A stretch of DNA of 64,000 bases from Octopus vulgaris. Lineage: Eukaryota. The stretch covers positions 81,406,001-81,470,000 of the forward strand of contig OX597823.1 of assembly GCA_951406725.2 (NCBI GenBank), given 5' to 3'. The first letter of the stretch is position 1. Each line of letters opens with the position of its first letter. This document shows positions 26,350 to 39,160 of this stretch, piece by piece. Under the pieces are notes generated by a model that ran no database searches, was not told the origin of the DNA, and saw only the letters and a program-made list of their open reading frames with translations. Both the position numbers and the translations under genes were made by a program.

Positions 26350-26690
26350 ATCCTCTTGACCCCTATGTTGTCTCCACTCATTTGTCAGCCACTTCACAGG
26401 GTGTACAGAGTGCATTTTATCAAGTAACCAGTACTAGGGGTGTTGCCACCTCCTTCACTGGACAATAACGATTCTCTTGACCCCCTACATAGTCTCCACA
26501 CATTTGTCAATCACTTAACACTTCACAGAGTGTACAGTGTGTATATTATCAAGGTACCAGCACTAGGGGGTGTTTGTCACCTCTTTACAGGATAATAAGG
26601 ATTCTCTTGACCCCACATTTGCCAGCCACTTTACACTTTACTGTGTGCACTGGGTGCATTTTCTCATGGTAACAACACTAGAAGAGTTGT
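26350..26690. repeat. Three diverged tandem copies of a 120-130-bp unit
   Basis: ctcttgacccc..catttg.ca..cactt..cactag recurs at about 26353, 26475 and 26604. Confidence 0.8.
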
Positions 26691-28235
26691 CTTGTCTCAT
26701 AAAAGCTGAAGAATTTTTAGTACTATAAAGCATTTCAACTAGCTCTAATGCTTCTGCTAACTGTCATTATCTATGAAATATAAAACAATAAAATTCTTTA
26801 GTATGAAAGAAAAATATTGGTTTATTCTCTTCACATAGAGTCTAGATAAATTGTGAATTAGGAATGGAAATAAAGCGGTGCTACTGTAAAATGTCATTAG
26901 CTTTCAGCTCTGTTTCCTGAGAAGTTACAAAGTTAATTTGGCTAGACACATAATTAGTTTTTGTGTGAGAGAAGCATAACTTCTATTACTCACACAGTTG
27001 ACTTTCTCTAATCCATCTCTGTTGGGATCTGTGGATTGCCATGTTTGTGAATTTGCTGGATCATCAATGATTAGGTAGGCATATTCAGTTTACACATGCA
27101 GCTAATAACCTTATCTAACCTTTAAAACACCTCGTAAATCAGTACAGGATATTTAATAAAGAGAAAAGAAGTATCAACTGAAAAGTGATTGAAATTTAAA
27201 TAAAGAACAAGTAAAATAATGGATACAGGTATAAAAAAAATACAGGTAAAATAATGAGTTCAAGTATAGAAATTCTGTTGATTTATGTAAGATATGTAAG
27301 ATAGTTCACCACTGATAACACTTGCAAAATGAAGAGCTGGAATTTAACACTAAGCAGAGATATATTTGAGGAAGTAAAAACTCAGAATGCTCATTTTCGT
27401 CCTGAAAGATGGCCAAAACATTAGGAACTGGTAATGAAATTGGTACAATATCTTTTTCAGGAATTATTGATGACAGTAGCATCATATCTGAGTGAGAAGG
27501 AGATGATGTATTGGATTTTCAAGTGACAACTCTTCACAAATATCACAAATGTTACCTAATTTTTTTTGAACATATCTTTCAAGCTAGGCTGTTTCATATA
27601 TCTCAGTCGTTCTTTGATTAGTTTGTCCTGCAGCATGTAAACATTCATTATTTCTTGTTCAGTTACAAAATTGTATTGCTCAAGACCTTTTAGCACTTCA
27701 CCTGTCAATTGAATTAACTTGGCAATAGAAATTCTTCTTGCTACATCTTTCTCATTTTCATCATAGCTTTCTTCATCACTTTGTTCTTTACAACCATCTG
27801 CACAATTCCTAAGACTATATTGAGTAATGATGAACGTTAACTACAGCTGCAGATATATTCATTCCATGACATTATCTTCATTCAATCTTGATGCAAAATC
27901 TTTAGCTCTAGGATTATATGAGCAAAAGATAGCAGTATATGTACAAGCTCCCTTTCCTTTGATACCCTAAATTCTATAAAGTCATATGCAGTGTCTTCAC
28001 CAGGTGCAGATGCAAACATTAAACTCAGCCACAATTTATGCCATCCAATTTTTTTTTATGATTGATGCTTCTACAAACTTCTAAGTATCGGAAACACAGT
28101 AAATCATAACCCTCATATTTAATTCCCTTAAAGAAACTCCTTCACTGGTCTACCAGAGTTAGCTGCACTCAGTAGGTATCTCATAAACAAAGAGTGCTGT
28201 CATCATCTTTATCCTCCTCATCATCATCGTCATTG

Positions 28236-28275
<40 letters not shown>

Positions 28276-28856
28276 TATTGTCGTCATTGTTTTTACATCC
28301 ATTTTTCAATGCTTGCATGAGGAGTCAGACAGTTGTACTGAGGCAGATTTTCTACAGCCAGATGCCCTTCCTCTTATTATTCAGGAGCCGAATTAATGAT
28401 GTACAACAACAGTTAAGTGGTAAATTGTTACCATTATCTATGACCAGAAGTTCTGCTTTTAGATATGTAGTGCAGCCATTTAAAATTAGCATTAACTTAG
28501 AGTTGTGGTCTGTTCCAAGGAAATCATAGTGATCTCTTGCTTCAAGAATAAAATGTCTTTCAAACCATTCCAATGTCATGTTATCTGCAACTCAACCTTC
28601 TTGTTGGCTCAATAAATCACTAGAAACTGTGCCACACCTTTGAAGGTCATAGCTTGTGATCATTTGCCAATGATCAGCAGCTTAAATTTATGGGTCCCCA
28701 CTATATAGAGCAACCTAACACAGTAACATGATTTTGCAGTAGTTGTTAGTGGTTGCACCTCCTCAGTTGTTATGGTTCTTCTTGAAGAACATCTCCAATA
28801 CAAGACACTATCATGAACATTGTAAATTTGCTCTAGAATTAATATTTCATAAGAAA

Positions 28857-29125
28857 CTAAGGTGGTGAACTAGAAGAATCATTAGCATGCTGGGCAAAAT
28901 GCTTAGTGGTATTTCGTCTGTCTTTGTAATCTGGGTTCACATGCTGCTGGGGTTGACTTTGCCTTTCATTCTTTCGGGGATCAATGAAAAAGTACTAGTT
29001 GAGCACTGGGGCCGATTTAATTGACTTAGCCTTTCCCCCAATTTAATTGACTTAGCCTTTCCTAGCCTTTCCCCTGATTTAAGTGACTTAGCCTTTCCTA
29101 GTGCAAAAATTTGAAACCAATATTT
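28857..29125 (+). mobile_element. Family B SINE inside the Tigger relic
   Basis: Family B core; flanked by near-duplicated aatatttcat.agaaactaag. Confidence 0.8.
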
Positions 29126-29387
29126 CATGAGAAACTAAGTAGATGAACTTGCCAAAAATTGCAATAGCTGCTTCTTTGTTCTTAGAGAGTTTTTCACCAG
29201 AAACTGCATGATTTTTAAAGCCATGTCTCTGAAACAATGAAATCATCTTTCACTACCATCATATTCACAATCTAGTTCTGAGTTCATCACAAAAAATTTC
29301 AGTCTTTTCTATTACCAGACATCTCAGCAGGATAATGGGTTGCCATTGGTTGGCTTTTATATCTAACCAATGACTATTATACTCAGA

Positions 29388-29670
29388 AACTGGGATGTGT
29401 CCTGTTACTTGTATCATTCAAGAACATCAGCTCAAACTGTTTGGCCATTTTGCTCAGTTTTCTGAATAGGATCCAGGACATCATGTTTGTTTCTCTGAGG
29501 ATCTGGCTGGGGTGATGGCCTGTGTTGGTCAGTCATTAGCTACATGGTCTGTGTGGATGAAGAAGTATCTTGTAGAGATGGGGTCTCAGATAGGGACCCT
29601 GGTTGGAGAGTTGCCTGGGATGACCCTAGCAAATACTGACAAACGGTGGATAGCTCCCCAGATAACCCAG
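29388..29670 (+). mobile_element. RTE-type LINE 3' remnant
   Basis: TGMCPVTCIIQEHQLKLFGHFAQF resembles the RTE I..RQLR.FGHV.R motif. Confidence 0.6.
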
Positions 29671-29689
29671 CACCTTCATTTACATGGAG

Positions 29690-29914
29690 TTTATTCCTTT
29701 TGTTACCAAATTTCAGTTGAAGTAGACAATTTTTACTTCAATTAATTTTGAAAATAACGAATTTTGTAAAATAACTTGTCACTAATTAAGCTGGTGTTTG
29801 GTCATAAATTGACATATAATTTTGGTAGAAAGTTTTAATTTAAACACTTTAAAGCAAGTATTTGTATCATAGAGCCAAGTGCTGTCTCAGGCAGATTTGT
29901 ATCAAAAGGATTAA
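29690..29914. mobile_element. piggyBac-like MITE (second family)
   Basis: Ends ttattccttttgttacc..gtatcaaaaggattaa form degenerate TTAA-bounded TIRs. Confidence 0.55.
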
Positions 29915-30507
29915 ACTACACGTGTTGTCCAGTTCTAAACCTTTCTTGGTTTGAATTGTTTCCTTAAACACATCTTTTTCTTTGAATCACTGTCAGTAAA
30001 GAACTGGTGAATTTTTTCTGTCTTTTTTTCCTTTTTGTGATATACTGCCAAAGAACTAATGTTGTATCATTCAAACAAGATTCTCACAGACACACTGCTG
30101 TTGAGATTTTTCTGAAGTTCAGCTTTATCTGCTTTGAATAATACAATGTACAGAGTTAACACTTTACACCATGAGAAATTCTTTCTTTATATAGTAGAAT
30201 CACAACTTATATACGAAAGCAGACTATAATAATAAATACAGAAAACAGAACAAGGGTATGGTGCCAGTGTTCTCAAGTTCATACCAAAAGTTTGAGCCAC
30301 AGTTAAAAGCACTGAAACTGTAGTGATATGTTTGTGCTGAGCTGGAAATTATGTCCACTATTAATGACGGAACTGGGTTAATAGTAGTAGCATGGACATG
30401 ACTGTGTGGTAAGAAGTTTGTTTCCGAATTACATGGTTCTGAGTTCAGTTCTCATGCATAGAACAATGTTTTATAAGTGAATTTGGTAGACAGAAAGAAG
30501 CCTGTTG

Positions 30508-30559
<52 letters not shown>

Positions 30560-30571
30560 CATACATATGTA

Positions 30572-31125
30572 TTTGCTGTAGTTTCAGCTCATAGCTGCGG
30601 CCATGCTGATGCACTACCGTTTTGCTACACTGATATTATTGAGAGCCTCTTCCAATATGTGGCACTTGGTGAAGAATGGAGTTTGATGTAACTACTCTCA
30701 TTTGCACCTCTTGCTGTGAAGTAGGTTCATCTGGGACTCTTGACAGAAAGATGTCCAGCTTCGATTTAAAAACGCCTGCATCTACTTTGTGCAGGTTCCT
30801 CAAACTCTTTGGGAAAATATTAAAAAGGTGTGGGCCCCTGAAACCCAGGCTGTTGCAGTAGCTGGGATCATTGGCACTATGCAGTGTTGTCCCGTTCTGG
30901 CATTGGTGTAGCTTTCAATGCTAAAATTTGGCACAGTTCCTTCCAGGATCTTCCAGATGTATATTACTGCATACCTCTCCCATTTTCTCTCCAGGAAGTA
31001 GAGTCTTAGCTGTTTCAGCCTTTCCCAGTAGCTGAGAAGTTGCAAAGAGATGATCTTCTTTGTGAATCTTCTCTGGATTGCTTCAAGGTCTGCTGTTAAT
31101 TTCACACTGGTGGGGGACCATATAT
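30572..31125 (-). mobile_element. CR1/L2-like LINE 3' end (RT C-terminus plus UTR)
   Basis: IWSPTSVKLTADLEAIQRRFTKKIISLQLLSYWERLKQLRLYFLERKWERYAVIYIWKILEG; stem-loop tail cagctatgagctgaaac. Confidence 0.9.
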
Positions 31126-31875
31126 ACATATATTTCAAAATGTAACCACCTGTGAATCGTTGGTGATTTTTTTTTCCTCCATCTTCCTTTTCTATTGGAC
31201 TTTCCTCTGTCTCCTCTTTCTGAAGAAGAGCTTTACTCGAAACATAAAACAAACTTTCCTTCCTTCCCTGAGGATCTGCTAAAACTTTACTTGTACCATG
31301 TCCCCACGTTGTTGTTTTTTTGTGTTTGCTCTTCATTTTTTTTTATGGGGATTTACTATATATGTATGTGTGTGTCTGTGTTTGTCCCCTACCACTACTT
31401 GACAACCAGTGTTGGTGTATTTATGCCCCTGTAACTCAGCAGTTCAGCAAAAGACACCAATAAAATAAGTACAAGGCTTAAAATAAGTACTGGGATTGAT
31501 ACATTTGGCTAAAATTCTTCAAGGTGATGACCCAGCATGGCCACAGTTTAATGAATAAAAAATAAAAAATTCTAAAAAATAAAAAGTACTATACAAATAG
31601 GAATCTTTTTTTTATTTGTATTGCTTTAAATATTATAAACAGATCTCATGATGTATAATAACTGTCTTAAGTTATAGTTCTAGCAGAGACTGTTTACAGG
31701 GAGCAAGATATTCTACGATAGCAGAATATAACAAAATTCCATATTGTGGATTGTAATTAAGTAAATGAATAAGCTAAACAATTTTGTAAGTGATGACATG
31801 TAAGGAAAGTTATACTTTTCATCACACTGCAATAAGACACATTTTTTTTAATTTATATAAACATAGTCTGTGTGA

Positions 31876-31925
<50 letters not shown>

Positions 31926-31928
<3 letters not shown>

Positions 31929-32422
31929 TTTAAAAATTGAGGGAGATAAATTAATATTAATTTTAATATCAATTTAAAACCAGTAGTCTAGCATTCAAAA
32001 AATCTGAGGAGTCAGAGAAAATTCAAATATATGTGTATATTGGCAGGGCTGGCCTGCTAGGTAGCCGGCCAGAATGCTAGAAATAGATCATAAACGATCA
32101 AACTACAAGGGAAATTCTCTAGAGGAAGAATTCAGCGAACACCAGAACCAAATTTGGCGGGCAGGACATATGAAAAATTAAATAAAAAACAGACTTAAAT
32201 GCATACCTCGGTTTCGGTCTTAACAAAAGAATTACTTGCATAATTCAAGTGTCCGTGACTTCTTCAGTACATTCGGTCCTCGAGATGCAAACCGCAAGAC
32301 TAACCCCAAATTTGGTTCTGGTGTTCGCTGAATTCTTCCTCTAGAGAATTTCCCTTGTAGTTTGATCGTTTATGATCTATTTCTAGCATTCTGGCTGGCT
32401 ACCTAGCAGGCCAGCCCTGCCA

Positions 32423-32436
<14 letters not shown>
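31926..32436. mobile_element. Penelope-like fold-back element with 131-bp inverted arms and a hammerhead in the loop
   Basis: 32027-32157 vs 32306-32436 near-perfect reverse complement; inserted in (TA)n; related terminus at 52140-52230 (-). Confidence 0.75.
32198..32273 (-). ncRNA. Type I hammerhead ribozyme motif
   Basis: AAUGUA CUGAAGA AGUC..GACC GAAA CCGAGG UA UGCAUU: 6-bp stem I, intact core, minimal stem III, GUA cleavage triplet. Confidence 0.7.
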
Positions 32437-32461
<25 letters not shown>

Positions 32462-32714
32462 TGAAAAAAGGGGGTCGAATTAATTAATTATTAATAAATT
32501 CGACATACCGTAAATATACTTCAAATATACCGTAAATGGTCTTTATATATATATATATATATATATATAGTAGTAACAGAAAAGAGGAATTTCGGTTGTC
32601 CCCAAGTGGTGGATTGTAATGTATATAAGAAATTAAAAAATATATGCATATATATGTATGTATATATATATATGTATATACATATATATGTATATATATA
32701 TATGTATATACATA

Positions 32715-32781
<67 letters not shown>

Positions 32782-32929
32782 GTATATATATATACGTATA
32801 TATACGTATATATATATATATATATGAAGTATAAGGAAAGGAAAAAAATTGTAGGTGTAGATGTACTTTAATTCATAGTCCAAGCTGGGTACCAACTTGG
32901 ATTATGAATTAACATATGTATATATGTTC

Positions 32930-33287
32930 CTTTCTTTTATTTGTTTCAATTATTTGACTGTGGCCATGCTGGAGCACTGCCTTTAGTTGAACAAATCTTC
33001 CCCAGGACTAGTACTTATTCCATTGGTCTCTTTTGCCGAACAACTAAATTACGGGGATGTAAGCACACAGACATCTTTTGCAAAGCGATGGTGATGGGAA
33101 CAAACAGACACACACACACATACAGTGGACTTCTTTCAGTTTCCATCTATCAATCCACTCTCATAGCTTTGGGAGGCCTGAGGCTATAGTAGAAGACACT
33201 TGCCCAAAGTGCCACGCAGTGGGACTGATGCTTCTTACCGCATAGCTATGCTTGCACCTGTCTTACCCCACAGCCACGCCTATGCCT
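32930..33287 (-). mobile_element. Family A SINE
   Basis: Head and tail as at 54764. Confidence 0.85.
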
Positions 33288-33535
33288 ATATATAAATATT
33301 TTATATCCTGGTGTTGGATAAATAATTTAACGAAGCAAGGGGTAAAAAGTATTTACACGATGCACTACTGTTACATGATATTAAATGGTCTCTGCCAACG
33401 GCTCACAGTGAACTGTTTACCCTGAACTACTGATAGTTCTTTATTTTATAACAATGTGTCAGTTGACTTTAAATCATATGAGGGTGGTCAGAATCCCTTC
33501 ACAACAATATATATATATGTACATACAAAACATAA

Positions 33536-33572
<37 letters not shown>

Positions 33573-34078
33573 GGATAGCAAAATCCTATGAAAGTACTGG
33601 TTAGTTATTTATGCAAAGAATATTGAAAATTACAGTTAATACTCAACTGCAAATTAACTATATAAACCGTGGTTCATATATATTTATTTATTATAATAAG
33701 ATAAGAAAATTGAGAGGTAATTAATAAATTCTTATTTATTAATTACCTCTGTATTTTCTTGTCATCTAGTGTTTTAAACCTGGGTTTTGTCCCTGTTAAT
33801 GAGGGTGGCTGGATTTACCTCAATGCCATAGCAACTGAAGCAGGCAGGTGCACCTTTGCTCTGGCTGGTGCCCATTTTCCCTTGCAATCATGAGGCTTTT
33901 TGGAGCTTGATTTTCTATGGAGAGAATGCCCTTGCTTACCCCAACCTCAGTTTCTAGATATGAGTGGTCCTGCGACCAGGGTCTCTACCATGATTTTTAA
34001 GAAATGTGGTGGAAAACTAGCTCAGGGACCTCAGGTCTCCCTGATACCCCTTTCAGAGACCTCTACCTAAATATCTAA

Positions 34079-34129
<51 letters not shown>

Positions 34130-34191
34130 ATATATATATGTATGTATGTGTGTGTGTGTATCTATATATATTTATATGTACATTTATATAA

Positions 34192-34224
<33 letters not shown>

Positions 34225-34382
34225 GTAAAAATGTTTACATAATGGTTTTACTTATAAGTTCATACAATAAGTAGCCACTACTTCCTCAACTGTAGAAATT
34301 TAAATAAACATGAAGGATGGAAGGAAAATATACAATTATGATTACTTGTTTGTACTTTATAAAACATCTTTTTACTGAAACT

Positions 34383-34775
34383 GTGTGGCTGTGTGGTAAG
34401 AAAATTGCTTCCCAATCACATGGTTCCTGATCCATTTCCACTACATGGCACCTTGGGCAAGCATCTTCTACTGAAGCCTCAGGCTAACCAAAGCCTTGTG
34501 AATGGACTTGGAGGATGGAAGCTGAAACAAACCCGTCATAAATATGTATATGTATATGTGTGTGTGTTTGTGTGTCTGTTATTGTCCCCCCACCCACCCA
34601 ACATCGCTTGACAACCGATGCTGGTGTGTTTACATCCCAGTACCATAGCGGTTTGGCGAAAGAGACTGATAGAATAAGTACTAGGCTTATAAAGAATAAG
34701 TCCTGGGGGCGATTTGCTCAACTAAAGGCAGTGCTCCAGCATGGCCACAATCAAATGACTGAAACAATTAAAAGA
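34383..34775 (+). mobile_element. Family A SINE
   Basis: Head, internal (TG)n and tail present. Confidence 0.85.
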
Positions 34776-35277
34776 GTTATCTTCATAAAAAGTTCATATA
34801 CTTCGCGAATATTCTTTCCTTCCTTCCTTTCTTCCCTCCTTCCTTTCTTTCTTTCTGTCTTTCCCTTCCTGCAAATGCGAACATATGTATGTATGTATGT
34901 TTAAATATCATATTTGTTATTTTTCTCACTGTCACTGATGCTATTCCTGTTGACAAAGTTTCAACATCTGTTTTTCTGTGCTAGAATAAATTGAGACTTG
35001 TTAGAGACTCGACCAGCTTAGTCCCACATCATTTCTTCTGTGAGTCATAACATCCTGAGAACTGATATCCTCGTTTCCTTCCCGGTTTTATTGAGTGATT
35101 CATCATCTTCATCAGCATGATTGCCACAACATCCACCATTGCAGGGCAATGTGAGATGAAGTGTTTTGCTTAAGAATGCAACACACCATTTGGGCTAGGA
35201 ATTGAAACCATGATCTTACCATTGTTATTACAACTCCATAACCACTAGGCCATATACCCTCACATACAAATACATAT

Positions 35278-35640
35278 AGGCACAGGAGTGGCTGTGTGGT
35301 AAGTAGCTTGGTTACCAACCTCATGGTTCTGGATTCAGTCCCACTGTGTGGCACCTTCTGTAAGTGCCTTCTACTGTAGCCTCGGGCCAACCAAAGCCTT
35401 GTGAGCGGATTTGGTAGATGGAAACTTTTTCATATAAGTATATGTTTGTGTCCCCACAATCACTTGACAACCAATGTTGGTGTGTCTATGTCCCTGTAAC
35501 TTAGTAGTTTGGCAAAAGAGACCGATACAATAAGTACTAGGCTTACAAAGAATAAGTTCTGGGGTCAACTTGTTTGACTAAAGGCGATGCTGCAGCATGG
35601 CCACAATCAAATGACTGAAACAAATAAAAGAGTAAAGAGT
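35278..35640 (+). mobile_element. Family A SINE
   Basis: ggcacaggagtggctgtgtggtaagtagc..gactgaaacaaataaaagagtaaagagt. Confidence 0.85.
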
Positions 35641-35819
35641 ATACATACATCATGGACATTTTTCAATCTGTCCCCCAAATTCATTCTGAAGACTTTGGTC
35701 AGCCCAGGGCTGCAGTAGACAACACATGCCCAAGGTGCCATACTGTGAGATTGAAGCTGCTTCTACTGATAATAACCATCAATCTTTGTTCAGTCGTATC
35801 ACATACCCATAACTGTGCA

Positions 35820-36170
35820 GTATCTATTCTACATTCTTAAAGCTAATGCTTTTAATTCCCAGATGCTTTATTAATTCACTTCTTATGCAGATTAGTAGAT
35901 CATACCATACCATATCTGACTCACTCCTCTCCAGTCTCTGCAGATGTTTTGCTATTAATGCTCCTGTCTCTCTGCTATGCAGTATTATACTTCTTACATA
36001 TGTTACATACAGTCTGTTTTTTGCATCAGAAAAAAGAAACGTTTTGCTGTCAATATAGGTAATGGCTTCATGATCTTCTTCCAAACTTTCTTAAGCCAGC
36101 TACTCTACTTTCACTACTGCATCACCCGGCTTTAATGAGATTACCTGTACCACAAAAACCCGTCAACTAT
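35820..36170 (-). mobile_element. RTE-clade LINE remnant, highly decayed
   Basis: AKNRLYVTYVRSIILHSRETGAL..HLQRLERSESDMVW; same region as 15385-16050. Confidence 0.7.
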
Positions 36171-36708
36171 GTCAGTTTTATCAGTTTGAAATTTCAAACA
36201 GAAACATGTAAAAGCTATAGAAATTTTTTAATATATATGGAAAAAAAATAAATAAAAGGAAACTGATATTTTAATTTCTTTACATATTTACAGTTTAAGC
36301 GAGGCCCCTAATAGACTTTTTCCCTGCTAACTCTTACTAACTCTTAGGAAGTAATGAGTGTACATTAAGAAATGAAACACTTTTTAAAGAGAAACAAATA
36401 TACTTATACATTTATGTACATACATAGAGGCGAAGGTATGCATGCACACCCAGGCATACGTACACATACATGCATAAATATATGCATATATACACACATA
36501 CACATGTGCATACACACACACACTTGTTTATTTTCTTGAGACAGTTCATGCTCTCATTTGGGATTTTTTTTCCCATGTTCTAAGAGAACTTGCCATTAAA
36601 AGGAAGCATGGAGAGACTTAACAGATGTTCTTGACAAGAAAGTCATACAAACAAATCTAAAGAACTATTTTTGGTGACATAACAGTGCTACTGCTGGTGA
36701 TGGTAATA

Positions 36709-36739
<31 letters not shown>

Positions 36740-36741
36740 TG

Positions 36742-36780
<39 letters not shown>

Positions 36781-36974
36781 TTTTTCTACATTTAAACAAA
36801 GCTACAAATTTGTTATGGAAAAGCAAATTCAACTGAAATGACTCTGGTACATGTCTTGTACTGATTCCTTCTGTGGCAGAGTGATTGGAAGATAAAATTA
36901 ATGGAAATGAGATTTTAACTCTAATTTATGAGTTAAAATAACCACAATAACGGCCAATAAGATGATGATGATAT

Positions 36975-37026
<52 letters not shown>

Positions 37027-37572
37027 GTTACTGCTGCTACTGCTGCTGCTGCCACCACCACAACCACCATCACTGCCACCATCCTCATCATCAACATCAT
37101 TGTTTTAACATCCATTTTTCCATGCTGGCGTCATTTAATGTTCATTTGCCATGCTGAACAGTTTGACCAGACCTGGTTCTAATGCCAACCACTCCACAGA
37201 GTGTATTGAGTGTGTCTTATGTGGCACCAACATGAGTGCTTTTAACATGGCACCAGCCCGAGCACTTTTTATGTGGCACCACCACCAGTATCAATTCTGC
37301 TTTGGCAGACAGGTCTTTGTGAATAATTCTGCTGTGGCAGATGGGCCTCTTCTTTCTAACATGGGCAATAAAGAAATACCTTTTTAGAAAACAGCACAGA
37401 CAGCTCATACTTATTTATTTGACTTAGGATAATTGAAACATGAATTCAACAGTTCTTGAAACTCAGTTTGGGAAGCATTGTACCCAAGCTTGAATTAATG
37501 CAAGAAAAGTAAGCGAATGTCCTTTTTTTGTCATATTCATAATTAAGGGAGCCGATGCTTCAAGAATGTTTA

Positions 37573-37983
37573 CTGTCTGAAATAAGTGGAAAATTATTAA
37601 AGAGCATACGTCAATTATTAAATATGTTGAAACTCACCTAAAATATAATTAAAATACTATGATAAAACTGCTTTTCAAAACACAACACTTAGAGCAGCCA
37701 TTATTTTCAGAACAACCTAATATTTAGCAGTAATCAAGGTCGACTTAGCCTTTCATCCTTTTGGTTGCGGGGGTGGTTTTCTGTCTGAAATAAGTGGAAA
37801 ATTATTAAAGAGCATACATCAATTATTAAATATGTTGAAACTCACCTAAAATATAATCAAAATACTATGATAAAACTGCTTTTCAAAACACAACACTTAG
37901 AGCAGCCATTATTTTCAGAACAGCCTAATATTTAGCAGTAATCAAGGTCGACTTTGCCTTTCATCCTTTTGGTTGCGGGGTGG
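37573..37983. repeat. Tandem duplication with a 208-bp period
   Basis: Copies start at 37573 and 37781 with few mismatches; includes the start of a family B fragment. Confidence 0.95.
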
Positions 37984-38277
37984 GGGATCGATAAATTAAG
38001 TACCAGTGAAACACTGAAGTTGATGTAATCGACTCATCCTCCTCCCCCAAAATGGCTGCCCATGTGGCAAAATTTGAAACCATTATTTAGCAGTAAGAAT
38101 TACAGCTTTGGGAGTCGAATACAATTAATTAGTTTGGCCTTTGTACATGGGAATAAAAAGCAAAGTTTGCTCCTGATCTCAGTTCTTCAGATTGAACAGC
38201 AACCCCTGACCCCTAATGAATGATAATGTTGGTTCCTAACTAGATCAGAGCTCAAAGCCTTAAGATATGCCATTAAA

Positions 38278-38720
38278 TATTGGTTTCAAATTTTGGCTCA
38301 TGGCCAGCAAGTTTAGGGGAATGGTAAGTTGATTACATCAACAGCCAGTTCTCAACTGGTACTTATTTTATTGACCTTGAATGGATGAAAGGCAAAGTTG
38401 ACCTCAGTGAGATTTGAACTCAGAACATAAAAGCAGATGAAATGCCACTAAGCATTTTGCCTCATGTGCTAATGATTCTGCCAGATCACCACCTTAATAC
38501 TGATTTGAAATTTTGGCACAAGGCCAGCATTTTTGGGAGAAGGGGTAAGTCGATTACTTCGTCCACATTGTTCAACTGGTTCTTATTTTGTTGACTCTGA
38601 AAGGATGAAAGGCAAAGTTGACCTTGGCAGACTTTGAACTCAGAACATAAAGACAGACAAAATGCTGCTTAGCACTTTTCCCACTGCACTAACGATTCTT
38701 CCAGATCACTGCTTTAATAT
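38278..38720 (-). mobile_element. Two tandem family B SINEs
   Basis: Two consecutive reverse copies (38278-38497 and 38498-38720). Confidence 0.85.
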
Positions 38721-38744
38721 CTCATTAAATATTGCAAGACATGC

Positions 38745-39160
38745 ATATGTGGTTGAGAAGTTTGCTTCCTAACTGCTGGGTTTTAGGTTCAATCCCTCCG
38801 TGTGGAACCTTAGGCAAGTGTCTTCTATAACTTTAGGCAGGTAAGAACCTTGTGAATGGATTTGGTAGATAGAAACTGTGTGGAAGCTTGTGTGTGTATG
38901 TGTGTATTTGAGAGTGTGTGTGTGTGTGTGTTCATGTTTGTGTTTCCTTGTCTTGACATCACAATTGCTGTAAATGGATATCATTCCTCTCCAGTATTCT
39001 GTAAAAAACATACCTGGCCATCGGGAAATATTATTTATTTGAAAACAAGTAGAGACTCACAACAGGAAGGGCATCCTATTGTAGAAATTCTACCTCAATA
39101 AACTTCGTCCAACCCATTTAGGCATGGACAAGAAGTGGATGTTAAAACAATGATGAGGGC
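38745..39160 (+). mobile_element. Family A head joined to an RTE-type (family D-like) tail
   Basis: A head up to ggatttggtagatagaaactg, (TG)n, then aggaagggcatcc..ccaaccca..gcatgga..ggatgttaaa(atg)n. Confidence 0.7.

Larger units (their letters stand above)
27556..30175 (-). mobile_element. Tigger/pogo-like transposase pseudogene, fragmented by later insertions
   Basis: Minus strand: N-terminal HTH (KAELQKNLNSSVSVRIL), HGFKNHAVSGEKLS, LEQIYNVHDSVLYWR, HVTVLGC..GTHKFKLLIIGK, EWFERHFILEARDH..LILNGC, TSLIRLLN, C-terminal KQPSLKDMFKK. Confidence 0.85.

Noticed and set aside
30800-31336. 178-aa ORF as a host gene
   Set aside because: It is a LINE RT C-terminal fragment fused to unrelated upstream sequence.
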